Assembly: GCA_002104905.1 (NCBI GenBank)
Contig: MCFE01000477.1
Location: 1 to 64,000, forward strand
Reading direction: 5' to 3'
Source: Basidiobolus meristosporus CBS 931.73
Lineage: Eukaryota > Fungi > Basidiobolomycota
Length of the DNA: 64,000 nt
Part shown: one piece after another, positions 1 to 13,972 of the stretch
Position numbering within the stretch: the first letter of the stretch is position 1
Layout: every line of letters starts with the position of its first letter
Translations under genes and position numbers: made by a program
Notes under the pieces: model-generated
Told to the model about the DNA's origin: nothing
Database searches by the model: none
Seen by the model: the letters and a program-made list of their open reading frames with translations, nothing else

Positions 1-3000
1 TCTCTTCTCTGTCTACAATGGTGGACATGGTGGCAGTGGTAGACAAATTGCCTTTCTCTGCAAGCTCTTGTACCTCAATGGAGTGTGGCTTAAACTGGCT
101 ATTCTTCCAGCTCTTATGAATATATCTGTTATCTCATTTGTAATTATTCTTGTCTACTATGGGATTGAGCCTGTTCTAGACCAACATCTTTGATGGGTGA
201 GAGCTGCATCTTTTTTCTCATGTTTCCCATTACTGGCTTGTGTATACTCATTTTTCTTTTCCTTTTTAATGATCATTACCAAGTCAATCACCAAAACTTT
301 CAGTGAGGGCTTCTTGTATTATGATACATTTTGTCCTTGATAAACACTGTGCTTGACATATGTTTTTGCCTGCTTGTCCCTTGCTGGCACTGTTCTGGTC
401 ACCTGATATTTCTTTGCCACTTGTTTTGAGCTTTCAGCCTTAGTTGTGACTTTAATGATCTTCTGCTTGAATGTTTAAGTTAGACCTGTGAAAAATGGTT
501 TCTGCCATATTTAGAAATGTTCTTAGCATACCGATGTAGGCCCAAATCCATTTGCTGACTTAATTCCAGGATAATGCTCCCAGTAGAGATCAGGTGCATT
601 GTGCTTGACCTTGATTTCCTGATTGTCCCAAGGGATGCCAGTCCTGAGAGGATGCTATGCTAGACCTCTAATGGCCTCTTGAATATTAGCCCACTCATCA
701 TCAATACACACTGTGGCTTCACAGAACTTCAATGCCTTTTGATCAATAGGTGTGGGTATATAGAGTACACTGTCCCTCACATGTTGTATATATTTCTCTA
801 AAGGTTTATATTTTGGCCCCCTTGTTGTACTTGAAGGACTGTACAATGTTCCTCCACTGTTAAATTGAGAAATAACTCAATTCTTGGCTGCAACTTTGAG
901 CCATTGGGTTCCTTTGTTGCAGTATAGATACTGAGGTCTCTCCCTGAGACTTTAATTGCTCTTCAAACAATATCAGCTCATCTTGTCACTAGACTACATG
1001 CTGATTTCTCTGGGGCATTGCATCTATCCTATTTGCCACTACACCTAGTTGTAATGTTAATACTATCTAATGAGCCTACAGCATACTTGCTAATACTGGT
1101 AGTTATGATGATGATATGACAGCCATTTGCTAGCCATCCACTGGAGGTAATGCATTAGCTTCATTTTCATATGTCTGAGCAACACAGTCTGATTACAGAA
1201 CAGCAGAGTTCTTGGTTGCCTTACTGGCTTAGAGCTTGAGGAGTTCATATGATTACCTTCAGCCAGCACACTGTCTACATGGCCTTCTTTGATGAAGCCC
1301 TGCTTGATACACTTGATGTTCAAGCAAACAGTTGTCCAATTATCTTTCAGCAATTGTTTGCAGTGGGGATTGGTTGTGAACCAGATAACGTTGCTTTGGC
1401 TCTTGATAGTACATATATGGAGATGAATCAAGTCAAATGGGCAATAGTATTATATGTATGTGTGTATGGGAGCCGCAGAGTTTGTTATAGTGCTTGCTAT
1501 TGTAGGTCTTTTATTTGTGTAGGTGCAGTGTTTTAAGTCCAAAACTAGCTTGAAGTCCCATGAGTACTGCCAAAAAAGTGGCATGATGGCATTGAGTTGT
1601 TCTGAGTCCAGCTATTTGTCTGATGGACAAGATGCTATGATTCAATGCCATAAGTGTACAGGAAAAGACTAGTAGGCTATTAGAGCACACCTCTTAGCCA
1701 TGTAGTACAGATGGCATAGGATGTATTACAATTGTGATGGCCTGTGCTTTGCCACCCAAATCATATTTGAGTATTCATCAATTACTTCTGTGCCAGCAAT
1801 AGCCTACCATCCTCTGGGTACCTCTATAATGGCACCTCCTCATATATACAACCTTGAGCAAACTGATTTGGGTGTGTTTGTGACACATTTTGACTCCCCA
1901 GACTTCTTGATATGACTTGCAAAGTGATAACTCTGAAGAAGCAGGCTCAATGATGGCCTATCACCCTGCACAACAGTACCCTGAACAAGCCTGGTAAAAT
2001 CTAAAAATGCAATTAGATAAAACTAGTGGAGGAAAATGCCATGGATACTACATGAAGCTAAATGTGCCTAGTAATCTATTTACTGATCAACAATATGATG
2101 TTGTGGCAACAGAAATGATGTACATCCATTAAAAGCAATAATGAGGGTTTGGGGATTTACTGCTACTTTTTGCTCAAGTCATTCTGGATGTAATTTATCA
2201 TGTATAATGTACAAAGACAAAAACATCTTGGATCTGGCAGTATGACAGATATACCATCCTGATGCCAGCGTGTGTTAACAGTTGCATAGCATTCACATTA
2301 GAATATGCTGCCATTGCAAAGGGTCCAATTTGTCAGGAATGCACCACCACAGAATGAAAGCATTGTTTACATTCCAAACATATACCTGTAATATACCCTC
2401 TGAAGTAGCTCATGCAATCCAACAAATATTTTGAAGCATTGAAGTACTGCACACACCATCAATCAAGTGCAAAATTTTCTAATTACTTTGATGACAAGCA
2501 ATGCTATCAATAAAGAAGCAAAGGCCACTAGGAAGGTGTGTTTGACCATGCATTATCCTTGACACTTGATGGGTTCTCACAAACAAGTATTGTGCCAGCA
2601 AATCCTGCTGGCTAATGATTCTGAATTGCTGCCAATCTTACCATATCAGAGCAGACATTGGATAACAGTCCCACTGATACCTAAGTCTTAATCTCTATTC
2701 AACCTGAATAATTACCTGCATCCATTGTTGAATATCTTTTGTAAGCCATCCAGAGGATACTTGCAGATGATTGACATTTCAAAGTGCATATTATTATCTG
2801 CATTACAAATACCTCAGCCATTAGCAAGAGCGCATGCCTATACCAGGCATAATTGACAGTATTACTGTCAAATGTGGTAGACTCAAAGAATTTACTCTGT
2901 GAATAGCAATCATTACCATTTTCCAGACATCAATACTACAGAAATTACCTTGCCACAAGGCAAACTAACAGAAGTCAGCATGTCAATGTAGCAAAGCTGG

Positions 3001-4035
3001 CAAGCAGTAAGCCATTGGCTAGTGTATGGAATTAATCAAAAACCAGAGATAATAATGATGGAGGAAATATGTTGGAGCAAAAGTTGTCTACTGGGAGCAG
3101 TTCACTTGGTCTTCAACAATATCCATATACTGATGACCAAGTTGTAAATGGTGCATTTCAAGCTAAGTGATCTCTTTGAGATACCAGGGAAATCCAAGAG
3201 AATTGGCAAGATATTACAGAGTATCAACTACCCAATGTATTTCTTGCAAGCTCTGGCAATATTCATATGCATATGCAACAATACAATTGCAAGGACTGAA
3301 TTAGCTGTATATGAACCTTTTCAAGTGCCCTTCCAGAGTGTACTGGAAGCATTGGGAGTCATATGTTGACATTGTAGGAATGTAGATTCACAGGCAGATC
3401 ACTATTGTAAACCTGATGTGTCAACTAATTTCATGCAAGGAGCTTGTGGCAGGATTTGAGTGGCTTTAATACAAGCATAAATCTGACTGTGTAAATCTCT
3501 GCCACTAGTGGATCCATTCTCCACTCAATCTTGCTTGGTTTGTTGAGAATATTGGACCTTGCCTCACCTTGTGGAAGCTTCCTATAGAGTAGATATGTGA
3601 GAGATGGGAAGATTAGTCAAGTTGCAAGTACTACCATAGACCAACCACATCAAGAATATTACCTTTAAGACAGTCATACATGTGATGAGTGGCACATTGA
3701 CAACAGCCAGGAGGTGAAGGAAAATGCTGAGTACAAATATTCCCTTGGGGGACAGCCAGGAAAAGTAGGAAATTACTGAGGACAGATGTGCGCATGGAGA
3801 TGCCCATGGCTTGGTTATTAAGAAGCTAAGCAGCCCCACTGTGTTAATAATCAGTTTACTAATGCAAAGTTAGGTTGGATGCAACATGCACCCAAATCAT
3901 ATTATGACTACTTAACAAAATATGCCAGGTTTCTCCAGGGTACATACCCACTTCTGCATCACTAACTAAAGAATCTTAGAAACAAGAACCAGAGCATACC
4001 TATTGGGGGGACTAGAATCCTGCAGGGAAAAGGAC

Positions 4036-4403
4036 TGTTATGATCTGACGCTTGAATGTTTAAGTTAGATTAGTTTTTAGTCAAATCAATTAGTATATGT
4101 TTAGGTTATCAGTATATCAGTATTATCTATCAAATCAGTAGCTTTAGTCAGCAAATGAATCAGCAGATCCTTATCAGACAGAAATAGATATATTAAGTAG
4201 GATCTTATTGGGTGGGGATGATGCAATCAGATGAGTCATCAGCCACAACCTACATTAGGAAATACAATTAGTCAGCAATTGATCTGGCAAAATGTATATA
4301 AGGAGCTGCTGGAACCTCAATAAAAATCAGTTCAAGTTTTAGTGAATACAATACTAGCTAAACTCCCTATTCCTCTACAACTCTTATACCAAGACTTGTA
4401 ACA
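4036..4403 (+). repeat. 5' LTR of the gypsy element (368 bp)
   Basis: TGTTAT...GTAACA termini; direct repeat of 9678-10046 with a handful of substitutions and indels; internal TATATAA and AATAAA. Confidence 0.95.
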
Positions 4404-4404
4404 T

Positions 4405-4414
4405 TGGTAGCAGC
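4405..4414 (+). promoter_or_regulatory. Primer-binding site, initiator tRNA-Met type
   Basis: TGGTAGCAGC immediately after the LTR end; complementary to a tRNAiMet 3' end ...GCUGCUACCA; same motif at 55718. Confidence 0.8.
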
Positions 4415-4461
4415 AATAACCAGAAACCTCCCTCCTGAAGAAAGAAGAAACTACCCTCAAG

Positions 4462-6451
4462 ATGTTGGACAATCAAGAATGGAGGAATGCCATGCTGCAA
4501 ATCCTGGCCCAACAGCAACAGTTACTCCAGATCCTCAGCCAACAGCAACAAGGAATGACTACCATGGCTCAGAACCAGCAATGCCCTGTTAAGAGCAACT
4601 TTAGTCTGAAGGTCAACCTGTACCATGGCAGAGTCAATGAAAACCTGGGAACTTGGCTCTTTCATATTGAAGAAGCTTTTAAAGCTAAAGGAATTGCTCC
4701 AGAAAGCAAGTTGCATTGTGCAGCTTCTTACCTGGCAGATGCAGCTTTACAGTGGTACCACAACAAGATCAGGTCAGCCACTATGATGGGATGCTCTACA
4801 AACTCTACCTGGGATGAGTTTGTGTTGGAAATTCAGGATACTTTTGAACCTCCACACCAACAGACACTACTAAGAAAGAAGTTAAAGACACTCAGACAGA
4901 AAGGAATGGTTCAAGAATACATCTATGGGTACAGATGTCTACTTGGACAAATTGAAAGAATGGACCCCCTGGATCAAGTTGAATACTTTATTTATGGGTT
5001 AAAAGAAAGTACTCCCAAGGAAGTGAATTATCAAAGACCTCACACTATCAAAGAAGCCATCAAGATTGCCATTGACTATGACTCAGCTATGTTTGGAGTT
5101 GGGAAGCCTACAGTGACTAATAAGAAAGGTTACAATCATTATGAAAGAAGACAGTCAGAAGCAGTACCAATGGAAATAGACACTATGCAGAAGAATCCTG
5201 CCTTGGAAGAATGTAAGAAGAAAGGACTTTGCTTCAATTGCCACCAGCAAGGACATATTGCAAAGTACTGCCCTCAGAGAAGAAATGGACACCAGCCATC
5301 AAGAACCTTTAACCGTATGGAGGCCATGGAGCATAGTAACATGAAGGATGAACTTGAGCAAGACTCAGAACTCACCTTCCAGGTGACAGAAGAATACCTA
5401 TCCCAGATGACCTCAAATCCAGGAAAGCTATTATACTTGAATAGAGTAATCAATGGAGTACCTGCCAAGATCATGATTGACTCAGGAGCATTGCATGAGT
5501 ACATGTCAGAGCAATTTGCTCTGAAAGCTGGGATCAACTCAGAACCTACCAAATCAACTTCAGTCTCAACAGCTGATGGGAACTCTCACATAATCAACCA
5601 TATTACTCAGCCAGTAAGAATGAAGATTAATGACTATGAAGAAGACCTACAGGCTTATATATTTGGGAACTGCAAGTTTGACCTTGTACTTGGAAAAACC
5701 TGGCTATTTTGTCGTAATACATCAATTAACTGGAGAACCCATGCTACTCAGATCCAAAAAGACAACAAGACCTATGAGCTATTACCTGCCAGGCTGGATT
5801 TTAACTTGGTCAAATCCAGTATGTGTGAGACAAGTGAACTTAGCAAGACCCAGTTCTGTAGAGCACTTAGAAAAGGTACTAAGATGTTCCTCATGGCGGT
5901 ATTACAGGAGGATTCCTGTACCCCGGCACCCCAGCAGGTCCAGAATCTCTTGAAGAAATATTTGGACATGTTTCCAGATGAACTTGTAAGCCTACCACCA
6001 GTCAGAGATGTAGATCATGCCATTGACACAGGTGATAGCCCTCCAGTGAGCAAGACACCTTACAGAATGAGTCCATTGGAATTGGAGGAAATGAAGAGAC
6101 AAATTGATCAGCTATTGGAGCAAGGATACATCGGGCCCAGCAAGTCACCCTGGGGAGCACCAGTGCTTTTTGTGAAAAAGAAGGATGGAACACTTAGGAT
6201 GAGCATTGACTACAGAGCCCTGAACTTAGCTACTGTCAAGAATAAGTACCCCATACCTTGGATTGATGAGCTTTTGGACCAACTTTATGGAGCCACTATT
6301 TTCAGCAAGATTGACCTCATGTCAGGATACAATCAAATTAGGGTGAAACCAGAAGATATTCCTAAGACAGCATTTAGGACCAGATATGGACATTACAAGT
6401 ACTTAGTCATGAGTTTTGGCCTCACTAATGCCCCTGCAACATTCATGACGC
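4462..6451 (+). pseudogene. Gypsy Gag-protease-RT N-terminal part of a single gag-pol ORF, cut by a solo LTR
   Basis: ORF 4462-6456: retrotransposon Gag, CCHC knuckle [14 protein letters not shown], protease IMIDSGA, RT motifs '[22 protein letters not shown]' and '[10 protein letters not shown]'. Confidence 0.95.
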
Positions 6452-7521
6452 TGTAGTGGGGTGACAGTGACACCCACTGACAGATGTGCTCATTCCCTTA
6501 TTTTCTACTTCCCTATATCTCTACTACGCTTATTTTAGTTTTATCCCATTTGTCTTACCCAATCAGTACTATCCCATAAGCCGGTTGACTATCACACCTG
6601 CTTACCTTATTGCATAAGTACCCCTCACCTTATGCAAGATTACTAGCTATAACTACTTCTATATTAGGCAAGTACCTGCGCCAGTACCTGTGACACATGA
6701 TCAACCCATGTCACCATACCTACCATTTCCAAACCATATATGGTATCACCATGTTACACAGGTTTCAGAATACTGAATCCTGATTGGTTGGATGTGCTGT
6801 GCCTCTTAGAACCTTCCGGCACCTACTTAGAACATTCTTAGGTCATTCTGATGTCGTTAAGATTTCTATTGATATCCAGAACCTTCTGGAACACCATTAT
6901 TAGTAATAACTTTGCCAGTAAGAAAAGTATATAAGGGAGGCTATCCCTCAACAATAAATCATCATCCCTTTTATCAATATACCGACTTGTTGATTAGTGT
7001 GATCACTGCTACCTGCTGCTACCTGAACTTCCAACCCTAGACCACAGGACACTCCCAAGAAACCGCGCTGACAGCCAACTGACCTTGGAGGCACTACTTG
7101 TGAGGAATACTCAGAGTAGGTATCTTTTATTATATTTGATTCTTTCCCAAGTTTGTTCTTTTACAGGCAAAGACACTTTTCTGTCTTTGTAACTATTGAC
7201 CACAGCTGCATTCTTATCAAGTCCCAGCTGGTGGAGTTTACAGTTGTTTTGACTTTGGAAGCTTTAGTACATTGTCATCTCAAAGGATGCTGAACCCAGC
7301 ACATACTTTTGTTAAGACGCCAACTAACTTGGGGATTGTAGCTCAATAGTTTTCCCTTGACAAGCTTGTGGCTTCATTCCCCTTCACATTAGATTAGAAA
7401 CAGAACCCAAGTATTCCTAGCAAGCTTTTGCCAGAGGTTATTGCACCCAGTGAACATCCCACACACAAAACACTTGAGAAGGGTTGGACGTATCTCTCCC
7501 TTGGACCTATACACCACCACA
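6452..7521 (+). mobile_element. Solo LTR, family D (1070 bp), inserted in the gypsy RT
   Basis: TGTAGTGG...CCACCACA termini and exact 4-bp TSD ACGC (6448-6451, 7522-7525). Removing it restores in-frame [19 protein letters not shown]. Second copy reversed at 26139-27946. Confidence 0.93.
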
Positions 7522-9667
7522 ACGCTGATGCAGACTGTCTTTCAGGAGTACTTAGACAGGTTTGTGATAATCTACCTGGATGACATATTGATATACAGCA
7601 AGACAGAAGAGGATCATGTAGTGCACATTGAAAAGGTCTTGAAGAAACTAAGAGAGAACATGCTATATGGCAAGCTAGCCAAGTGTGAATTCTTCAAGGA
7701 ACATGTTGAATACCTGGGACACATAGTGACTAGCACAGGAGTGACCTTAGACCCTAAGAAGGTTGAAGTTATCAGGAATTTGAAGCAGCCCCATAGCATA
7801 TCAGAACTCAGATCCTTCCTTGGAATGGTTTCCTATTATCAGAGATTTGTCAAGTCATTTGCAAGTATTGCAGCCCCTTTAACTGATATCCTCAAGAAAG
7901 ACAATACCTACAAGTGGGACATAGCTTGTGAGACTGCCTTCCAGACACTCAAGAATGAACTTGCTAAGCTGCCAAACCAAAGAATACCAGACTTCAGAAA
8001 AGAGTTCACTCTGTGCACAGATGCTTCAGATTATGCAATTAGTGGAGTGCTGAGCCAAGAACACAAGGGAAAGGACTACCCTGTTGCCTTTGAATCCAAG
8101 AAACTGAACTCAGCAGAACAAAACTATCCAGTCCATGAGAAGGAGATGCTTGCTATAATACACTGTTTGAAGACATGGAGATGCTATATTGAAGGAGTCA
8201 AATGCACTGTGAAGACTGATCATGCCTCCCTCAAGTATATATTTACTCCAAAGGTACTCTCTAGAAGAATGACAAGATGGAGTGAATACATTCAGCAATT
8301 TGACCTGGAGATTGTCTACTGCCCTGGAAAAACCAACACGGTTGCTGACGCCTTATCAAGATTAGATCAAGTTGCACAACTCAACTTGGTGCATGAATCA
8401 GATTGGCCTAGCCTATTACCAAAGTACTTGGAGGACCAAGCCATTCCTAATGAGGTGGATGAAGATATCAAGAAGATAATCCGTGATGAAGCCAGCAAAT
8501 TTGTAGTACAGGATGAAACACTCTACCAAATTGTTGATGGAAGCCCTATTGCCTATTGCCCATATGTTTCTTGCCTGGATTTAATACATAAGCTACACAA
8601 TGGATATGGACATCTTGGGATTGAAGGAACCTATAGCCTTGTGAAAGCCAGAGCATGGTGGCCCAGAATGAAACAAGATATTGAGAAGCTAGTGAAAACA
8701 TGCCCAAACTGCCAAATCAATCAAGGCCAGCCACAAAGAATTGCCAAACTCTTCCCTTTGGAGCCTGTAAGACCATTTGAGAGATGGGAAATTGACTTTA
8801 TTGGAAGACTGCCAACTACCAGGAAATGCAACCGTTGGATCCTAGTAGCAATTGACCATGCCACTAAATGGCCAGTTGCTATAGCTGTACCAATAGCCAG
8901 TGAACAAGAAGTTGCAAGTTTCATTTACCATGAGATCCTGATGAAGTTTGGATGCCCTGTGGAGATCTTATCTGATAGAGGAGCAAACTTTATGGCAAAG
9001 ACATTAGAGGCTTACCTGGAAATGCAGCAGATCAGTCACTTGAAAACCTTGGCATATCACCCCAGAACTAATGGAGTCACTGAGCGGTTTAATGGATTAT
9101 TTGGAAAAATGCTCACCAGTATGCAAATGGAGTTGTCAGTAGATGGATGAGTATATAGACCAAGCACTCTTTGCATGCAGAGTCAGAGTACACAACACCA
9201 CCCAGCAATCACCATTTTACTTAGTGTATGGATGTGAACCAAGGATTCCAGGAGATCTCACACAACCCAAGCTTACAGACACCTTAGAAGATGAACTCAG
9301 TCAGCCAAGTAGACACCAGCAACTGGAACAAAGACGTCAAGAGGCACAGACCAAAGTATCTCAAAGTGCAGAAAAGATGAAGCAGAGATTTGATAAGACT
9401 ATAGCACCAGAAGCATTGACAGTTGGGAACTTTGTATTGCTAAGAAACAACACTTGGAAGAAGTTTGAGCCACAATGGACAGGACCATTCAAGATCATCA
9501 GAGAATGTCCATTTGCAACTTACCAACTGGTGGACAAACAAGGCAATATCCAGGAAGACTTAGTGCATAGGGACAGACTCAAGCTTGCAAGACTTGCTGA
9601 TAATACTGAACCATCAAGATATTGGTATCACAAGAAAAGAGATTCAGGAGAACCCTCTCAACTTTAG
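7522..9667 (+). pseudogene. Gypsy RT-RNase H-integrase, frameshifted near 9143
   Basis: YLDD, RNase H 'TDASDYAISGVL', integrase HHCC (GHLG...CPNC), 'IDFIG', 'SDRG', 'GVTERFN', GPF motif 'WTGPFKI'; no chromodomain visible before the stop. Confidence 0.95.
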
Positions 9668-9677
9668 TAGGGGAGAA

Positions 9678-10046
9678 TGTTATGATATGCCGCTTGAATG
9701 TTTAAGTTAGATCAGTTTTTAGTCAAATCAATTAGTATATGTTTAGGTTATCAGTATATCAGTATTATCTATCAAATCAGTAGCTTTAGTCAGCAAATGA
9801 ATCAAGCAGATCCTTATCAGACAGATAATAGATATATTAAGCAGGATCTTATTGGGTGAGGATGATGCAATCAGATGAGTCATCAGCCACAACCTACATT
9901 AGGAAATACAATTAGTCAGCAATTGATCTGGCAAAATGTATATAAGGAGCTGCTGGAACTTCAATAAAAATCAGTTCAAGTTTAGTGAATACAATACTAG
10001 CTAAACTCCCTATTCCTCTACAACTCTTATACCAAGACTTGTAACA
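9678..10046 (+). repeat. 3' LTR of the gypsy element
   Basis: Follows the polypurine tract; direct repeat of 4036-4403. Confidence 0.95.
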
Positions 10047-13000
10047 GCACTATATCATCTAGGTGCCAGAAGTATTTTGCAGATGTTGATTGAATGTTCA
10101 CAGCAAAGGTGGAGGCAATTAAGCATATATTACAAACTGTAAATGCTACTAGTAATACAAGGTATACGGTAACTTTGTAAGAATCACATTGAAAAGCCAC
10201 AGAGTTGATGTAATAGAAGTATGACAATTGGGGTGGGTGTATGTGTAAACAGAGGTTAGTAAGCAGAAGGCCATGGTTTTTTTTGGCTTGAACTAACTGT
10301 GGGACACCTATGATAGTTGTGGGCAAGCAAATAGACCATGGTGACTCTACAATGTAATTTGGAATGTCACAAGGGGAGGTAGTTTGGAAAATTTGTACAG
10401 TGGCACTATACAGTACTAACTGTAGGCCCCCATACAACCATTATAATGCCAGCATATGTCTCCATTGAGGCTGTTGCAATACAGTCAAGTTTTTCCATAA
10501 ATGCAATCACATGTGCTGGCTGGTAGAGTCTGTTCAAATAATGTATGTTGCAATAGGCCCCTCAGGATGCCATTCAAATCCTATCAGAGAACCACCCATG
10601 TACTGTGAAGACAACTTACCTGTTTTAAAGTGTAATAAGCAAAATACTGCCACAATCCTGTCAGATGATCATAAAGAGGGTCAATAATTCCAAGCTGCCT
10701 GCAGTATGAAGGGCTCATTGTGGAATCTTAAAAGCTGATCTGGACTGAATGCACTCTAAGAAACATCATTCATAGGGACACTGTAGTTGCTCCATTGTAC
10801 TTTTCTAGGACATCCCACTCAACTCATGGTTATTAAGAACAAGTAGGTGTAATGGTGTGGCCACCAGTAGTCAGGATTGTTCTTGGATAATTTTGCACTA
10901 TGCGGGACAATCTTGAACACAATGGCAAAATCTGACACAATGAGGTTGGCACAGATGAATGCAGCAACTTGTAATGTTTGTGTAACATGTGCATTTGGAT
11001 ACTACTATTGTGCTAGGTAAATATGGTATTTGGATATATTTGTTGCATGCAAATGGAAATAAAAGCATTTCACAATATAACCTATACTGACACCACCACT
11101 TTGGCTACCATTTCTCCAATTGAATGACCTCACAGTGGTTGATTGGTCTAGGGGTATCTTGAAGCAGTGAGCACCCAATTGGCCCATTGACCATTATAGA
11201 GACTACCTGATTAGCCATTAAATATACCATTTAGCCAATTGATCAAGTATATTGCTGAATTTAGTGATTGGACAAGGTGTCATAGCAAGCACACAATCAA
11301 TTGGGTAGCTACATAATAGATCAAATGGCTGCACTGGTGTTACAAGTGATGTATAAACATGTAGGGTGCTTAATGATGGGGATTCTGTATCTAATGTGGG
11401 ATCCCTTGAAATTACATTTATCAAAAGTAGGTGATCATTAATGTGGATGGTATGATTGGGGTTGCAAAAAAAGTGTGCTGTATGGACTCTAGCAATTGAT
11501 AGCAATTCAATGCAATTTCCTTATCTTGTGCCAATTTTTTTGTCACAGATTGTACTATTGAAGCATTTAGTAGTCAATCACTTTTCACACCTAAGTTACT
11601 TTCCTGCTGACTATTATCTTGGCTGCATGTGTACTTGTAGTAACAATTTTGCCTCTTAATTGATTGGTGCATTGCTGTAGCTTGGCTAAATTATTTTGCT
11701 CCATATGATATCATGAAACCACTCTGAAGTGACATGTGCTGATGCATCCTTTCACTTGCCAAAGGCTCCTGTAGTGGGGGCACTTTCAGTGAGTCTTTGT
11801 TGGTCAGCTCTCCAGAATTCACATACTGTTGGTCAGGTGTTACAGCATGCACAAGCTCAGCATGATGTGTTGTCATCACCCTTAGCTGAGTCCAATGTGA
11901 TGCTATATGTATGTGTAACTTGGCCCACTCAAGTGGAATTGTGCCTGATTGAGCAGTTTGGCAAGTTCTGGTAGTCTTTCTATGAGCTGCGCATGCTGAC
12001 CCACTGCACATTAACTTGGTGGGTGACACTCTAATCAAGGACACTGGCATGTATTGAATTGATGTGCAGCAGCATACTGGTATTGCAAGGCTTGGTAAAG
12101 ACCCTAGCAAGGTGTGCTGAATAATCTTGACACAGTGACCTGCAGCCTATGTTCCTCTACCAATGCTCACCTCTTCATTCCTCAGGGTATTCAGTTACCC
12201 TCTGTCTAATACCCTGGAACTATTGCCTTGATCAGTCCTGTGTATATTGCTTTTGGAATCCACTTAGATCTACCAACATATGATGCAGTATATTAGTCAT
12301 CTGAAGCAAATACTCATTCAAAATCTCCATAATTCCCATAGTTAAGGCACAAACCAACATATCTGGTCTGTGCTGCACAAATTGCATGCATAATTGTTTA
12401 CACACAGCTTGCTTATTGAGTCCCCTTACTCATAACTGAATCTTGATATCAATACTTGTCTCTATATATCTTCTTACATACATCAGCTGATATCTTGATC
12501 TAGTACTCATGCCACAGCTTTCTAATAGAACTCTTCCATCTCTGCCAACTCCCTGAGGTATCTAGCTCAGCTGGATTATTGAGTAGTGACAAAATATCTG
12601 TATGAAGGCTCATCACAGACACTTGAGCAGTACTAAATTCATTTGGTAAGAACTCAAATAGATCCAACATTGCTTTTACAATTCAGACTGTCCCTGTAAA
12701 CTGGTGCAAGAATTTTGAGAATTGGTATAAGGGCCATAGTGACAGATTTGGATATTTATACTGTAATATATGGGCATTAACCTGTGTCTATATAGAGCAT
12801 ATATGAAAACTAATGTGATTGTTGAATTTTCCATATATTGCTCATGATGCATCTTGGATTGCATTGATATGAATCAGATTGAATCAGTTGCAGATTTTAA
12901 ATTTGATCATAGACTGTGGATAATTCAGTAATAAATCACTGAGTCCTTGTTAAGGATGATTTTTGCCACAAAATGATGAGATATATGGTCATTGATAAAA

Positions 13001-13602
13001 ATTTTATCATAATGCTTGGGAAATTAGGTATATTAGGGTGATTGCTCCATCTCTGTTGACCATATTCTGCCTCAGTCATTCTCCAACTATAATATGACTT
13101 AGTGTTGAGCCACGTGTTCTGTATCAGGAGTATTTTAGATACCTTCCTAGTGAGGTTGAACAGACCTTCTACAGGCCAGAGTCATTTTTATTCTGGCAAA
13201 TACTGAGCACACTCCCCACTTGAAATAATATGGTCCTGCAGGTGGATCAAACTAGGATCAGCCATCAGGATCCTGCAATGAGTCCATCATAATGCCAGCA
13301 GCTTGGAACTTTTGACCATCTTCACAATCATATGATGAGATTGTAGCAGCTTTTTGTTAATTCTACTGCCAATTAAAGTTAATGCATGACAATGTTTGAG
13401 AGGCCTTTTGACAAGATTTGCATGGGAATCTAGTGGCTTTAATGCATTCTACAAGTATTTGAGCAAGGCTGAATGGCCAATACATTCCAATTCCCTTATA
13501 ATACAAGGAACTTGACTATGTTTGGATGGCCTGATTGCAAACCTTTGCTGGCAGCATAATGGTGGTACAGTGGCCTATAGCTAGTTCTGCATAGTGCTAT
13601 TG

Positions 13603-13972
13603 TGCTATCATATACCACTTAAATGTTTGAGTTAGATTAGTTTTTAGGCATATCAATTAGCTATATGTTTAGCCTATCAGTATATCAGTGATATCTATCA
13701 AATCAGTAGCATTAGTCAGCAAATGAATCAGTAGATTGTTATCAGACAGCTATAGATATATATTAAGCAGGATTTTACTGGGTGATGATGATGTAATCAA
13801 ATGAGTCATGAGCCACAACCTATGTTAGGAAATACAATTAGTCAGCAATTGATCTGGCAAAATATATGTAAGGAGCTGCTGGGAGCTCAATAAAAATCAG
13901 CTCAAATTTGGTGAATACAATACTAGCTTAACTCCCTCTTCCTCTACAACTCTTTTACCAAGACTTGTAACA
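13603..13972 (+). mobile_element. Solo LTR of the 4036-10046 gypsy family
   Basis: Colinear with 4036-4403 but more diverged; exact 4-bp TSD ATTG (13599-13602, 13973-13976). Confidence 0.92.

Larger units (their letters stand above)
4036..10046 (+). mobile_element. Ty3/gypsy LTR retrotransposon, structurally complete but inactivated
   Basis: TG...CA LTRs at 4036-4403 and 9678-10046; primer-binding site (PBS) TGGTAGCAGC at 4405; polypurine tract TAGTAGGGGAGAA at 9665-9677; gag-PR-RT-RH-INT order; flanks GGAC/GCAC (4-bp TSD with one mismatch). Confidence 0.96.
1..10800 (+). mobile_element. Decayed CACTA/EnSpm-like (CMC) DNA transposon, copy A, interrupted by the gypsy element at 4036-10046; ends not defined
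   Basis: Broken + strand translation at ~2540-3700 gives 'ALSLTLDGF...LNNYLHPLL...AISK...HN..YYCQMC' and 'GEMGRLVKLQVLP', typical of Transposase_21/Plavaka-type transposases. A second ORF remnant on the minus strand (655-846, 'CIDDEWANIQEAIRGLA') matches 'CNNDEWANIQETVRSLA' at ~17270. 10190-10750 is the reverse complement of ~13250-14210. Confidence 0.6.

Noticed and set aside
7441-7521. N-terminal extension of the 569-aa pol ORF
   Set aside because: Derived from the inserted LTR-D sequence, not the original gypsy.
10800-13200. Possible further transposase (Cys-rich, SWIM-like hints on the minus strand)
   Set aside because: CpG-depleted and probably TE-derived, but too decayed to assign; no convincing motif.
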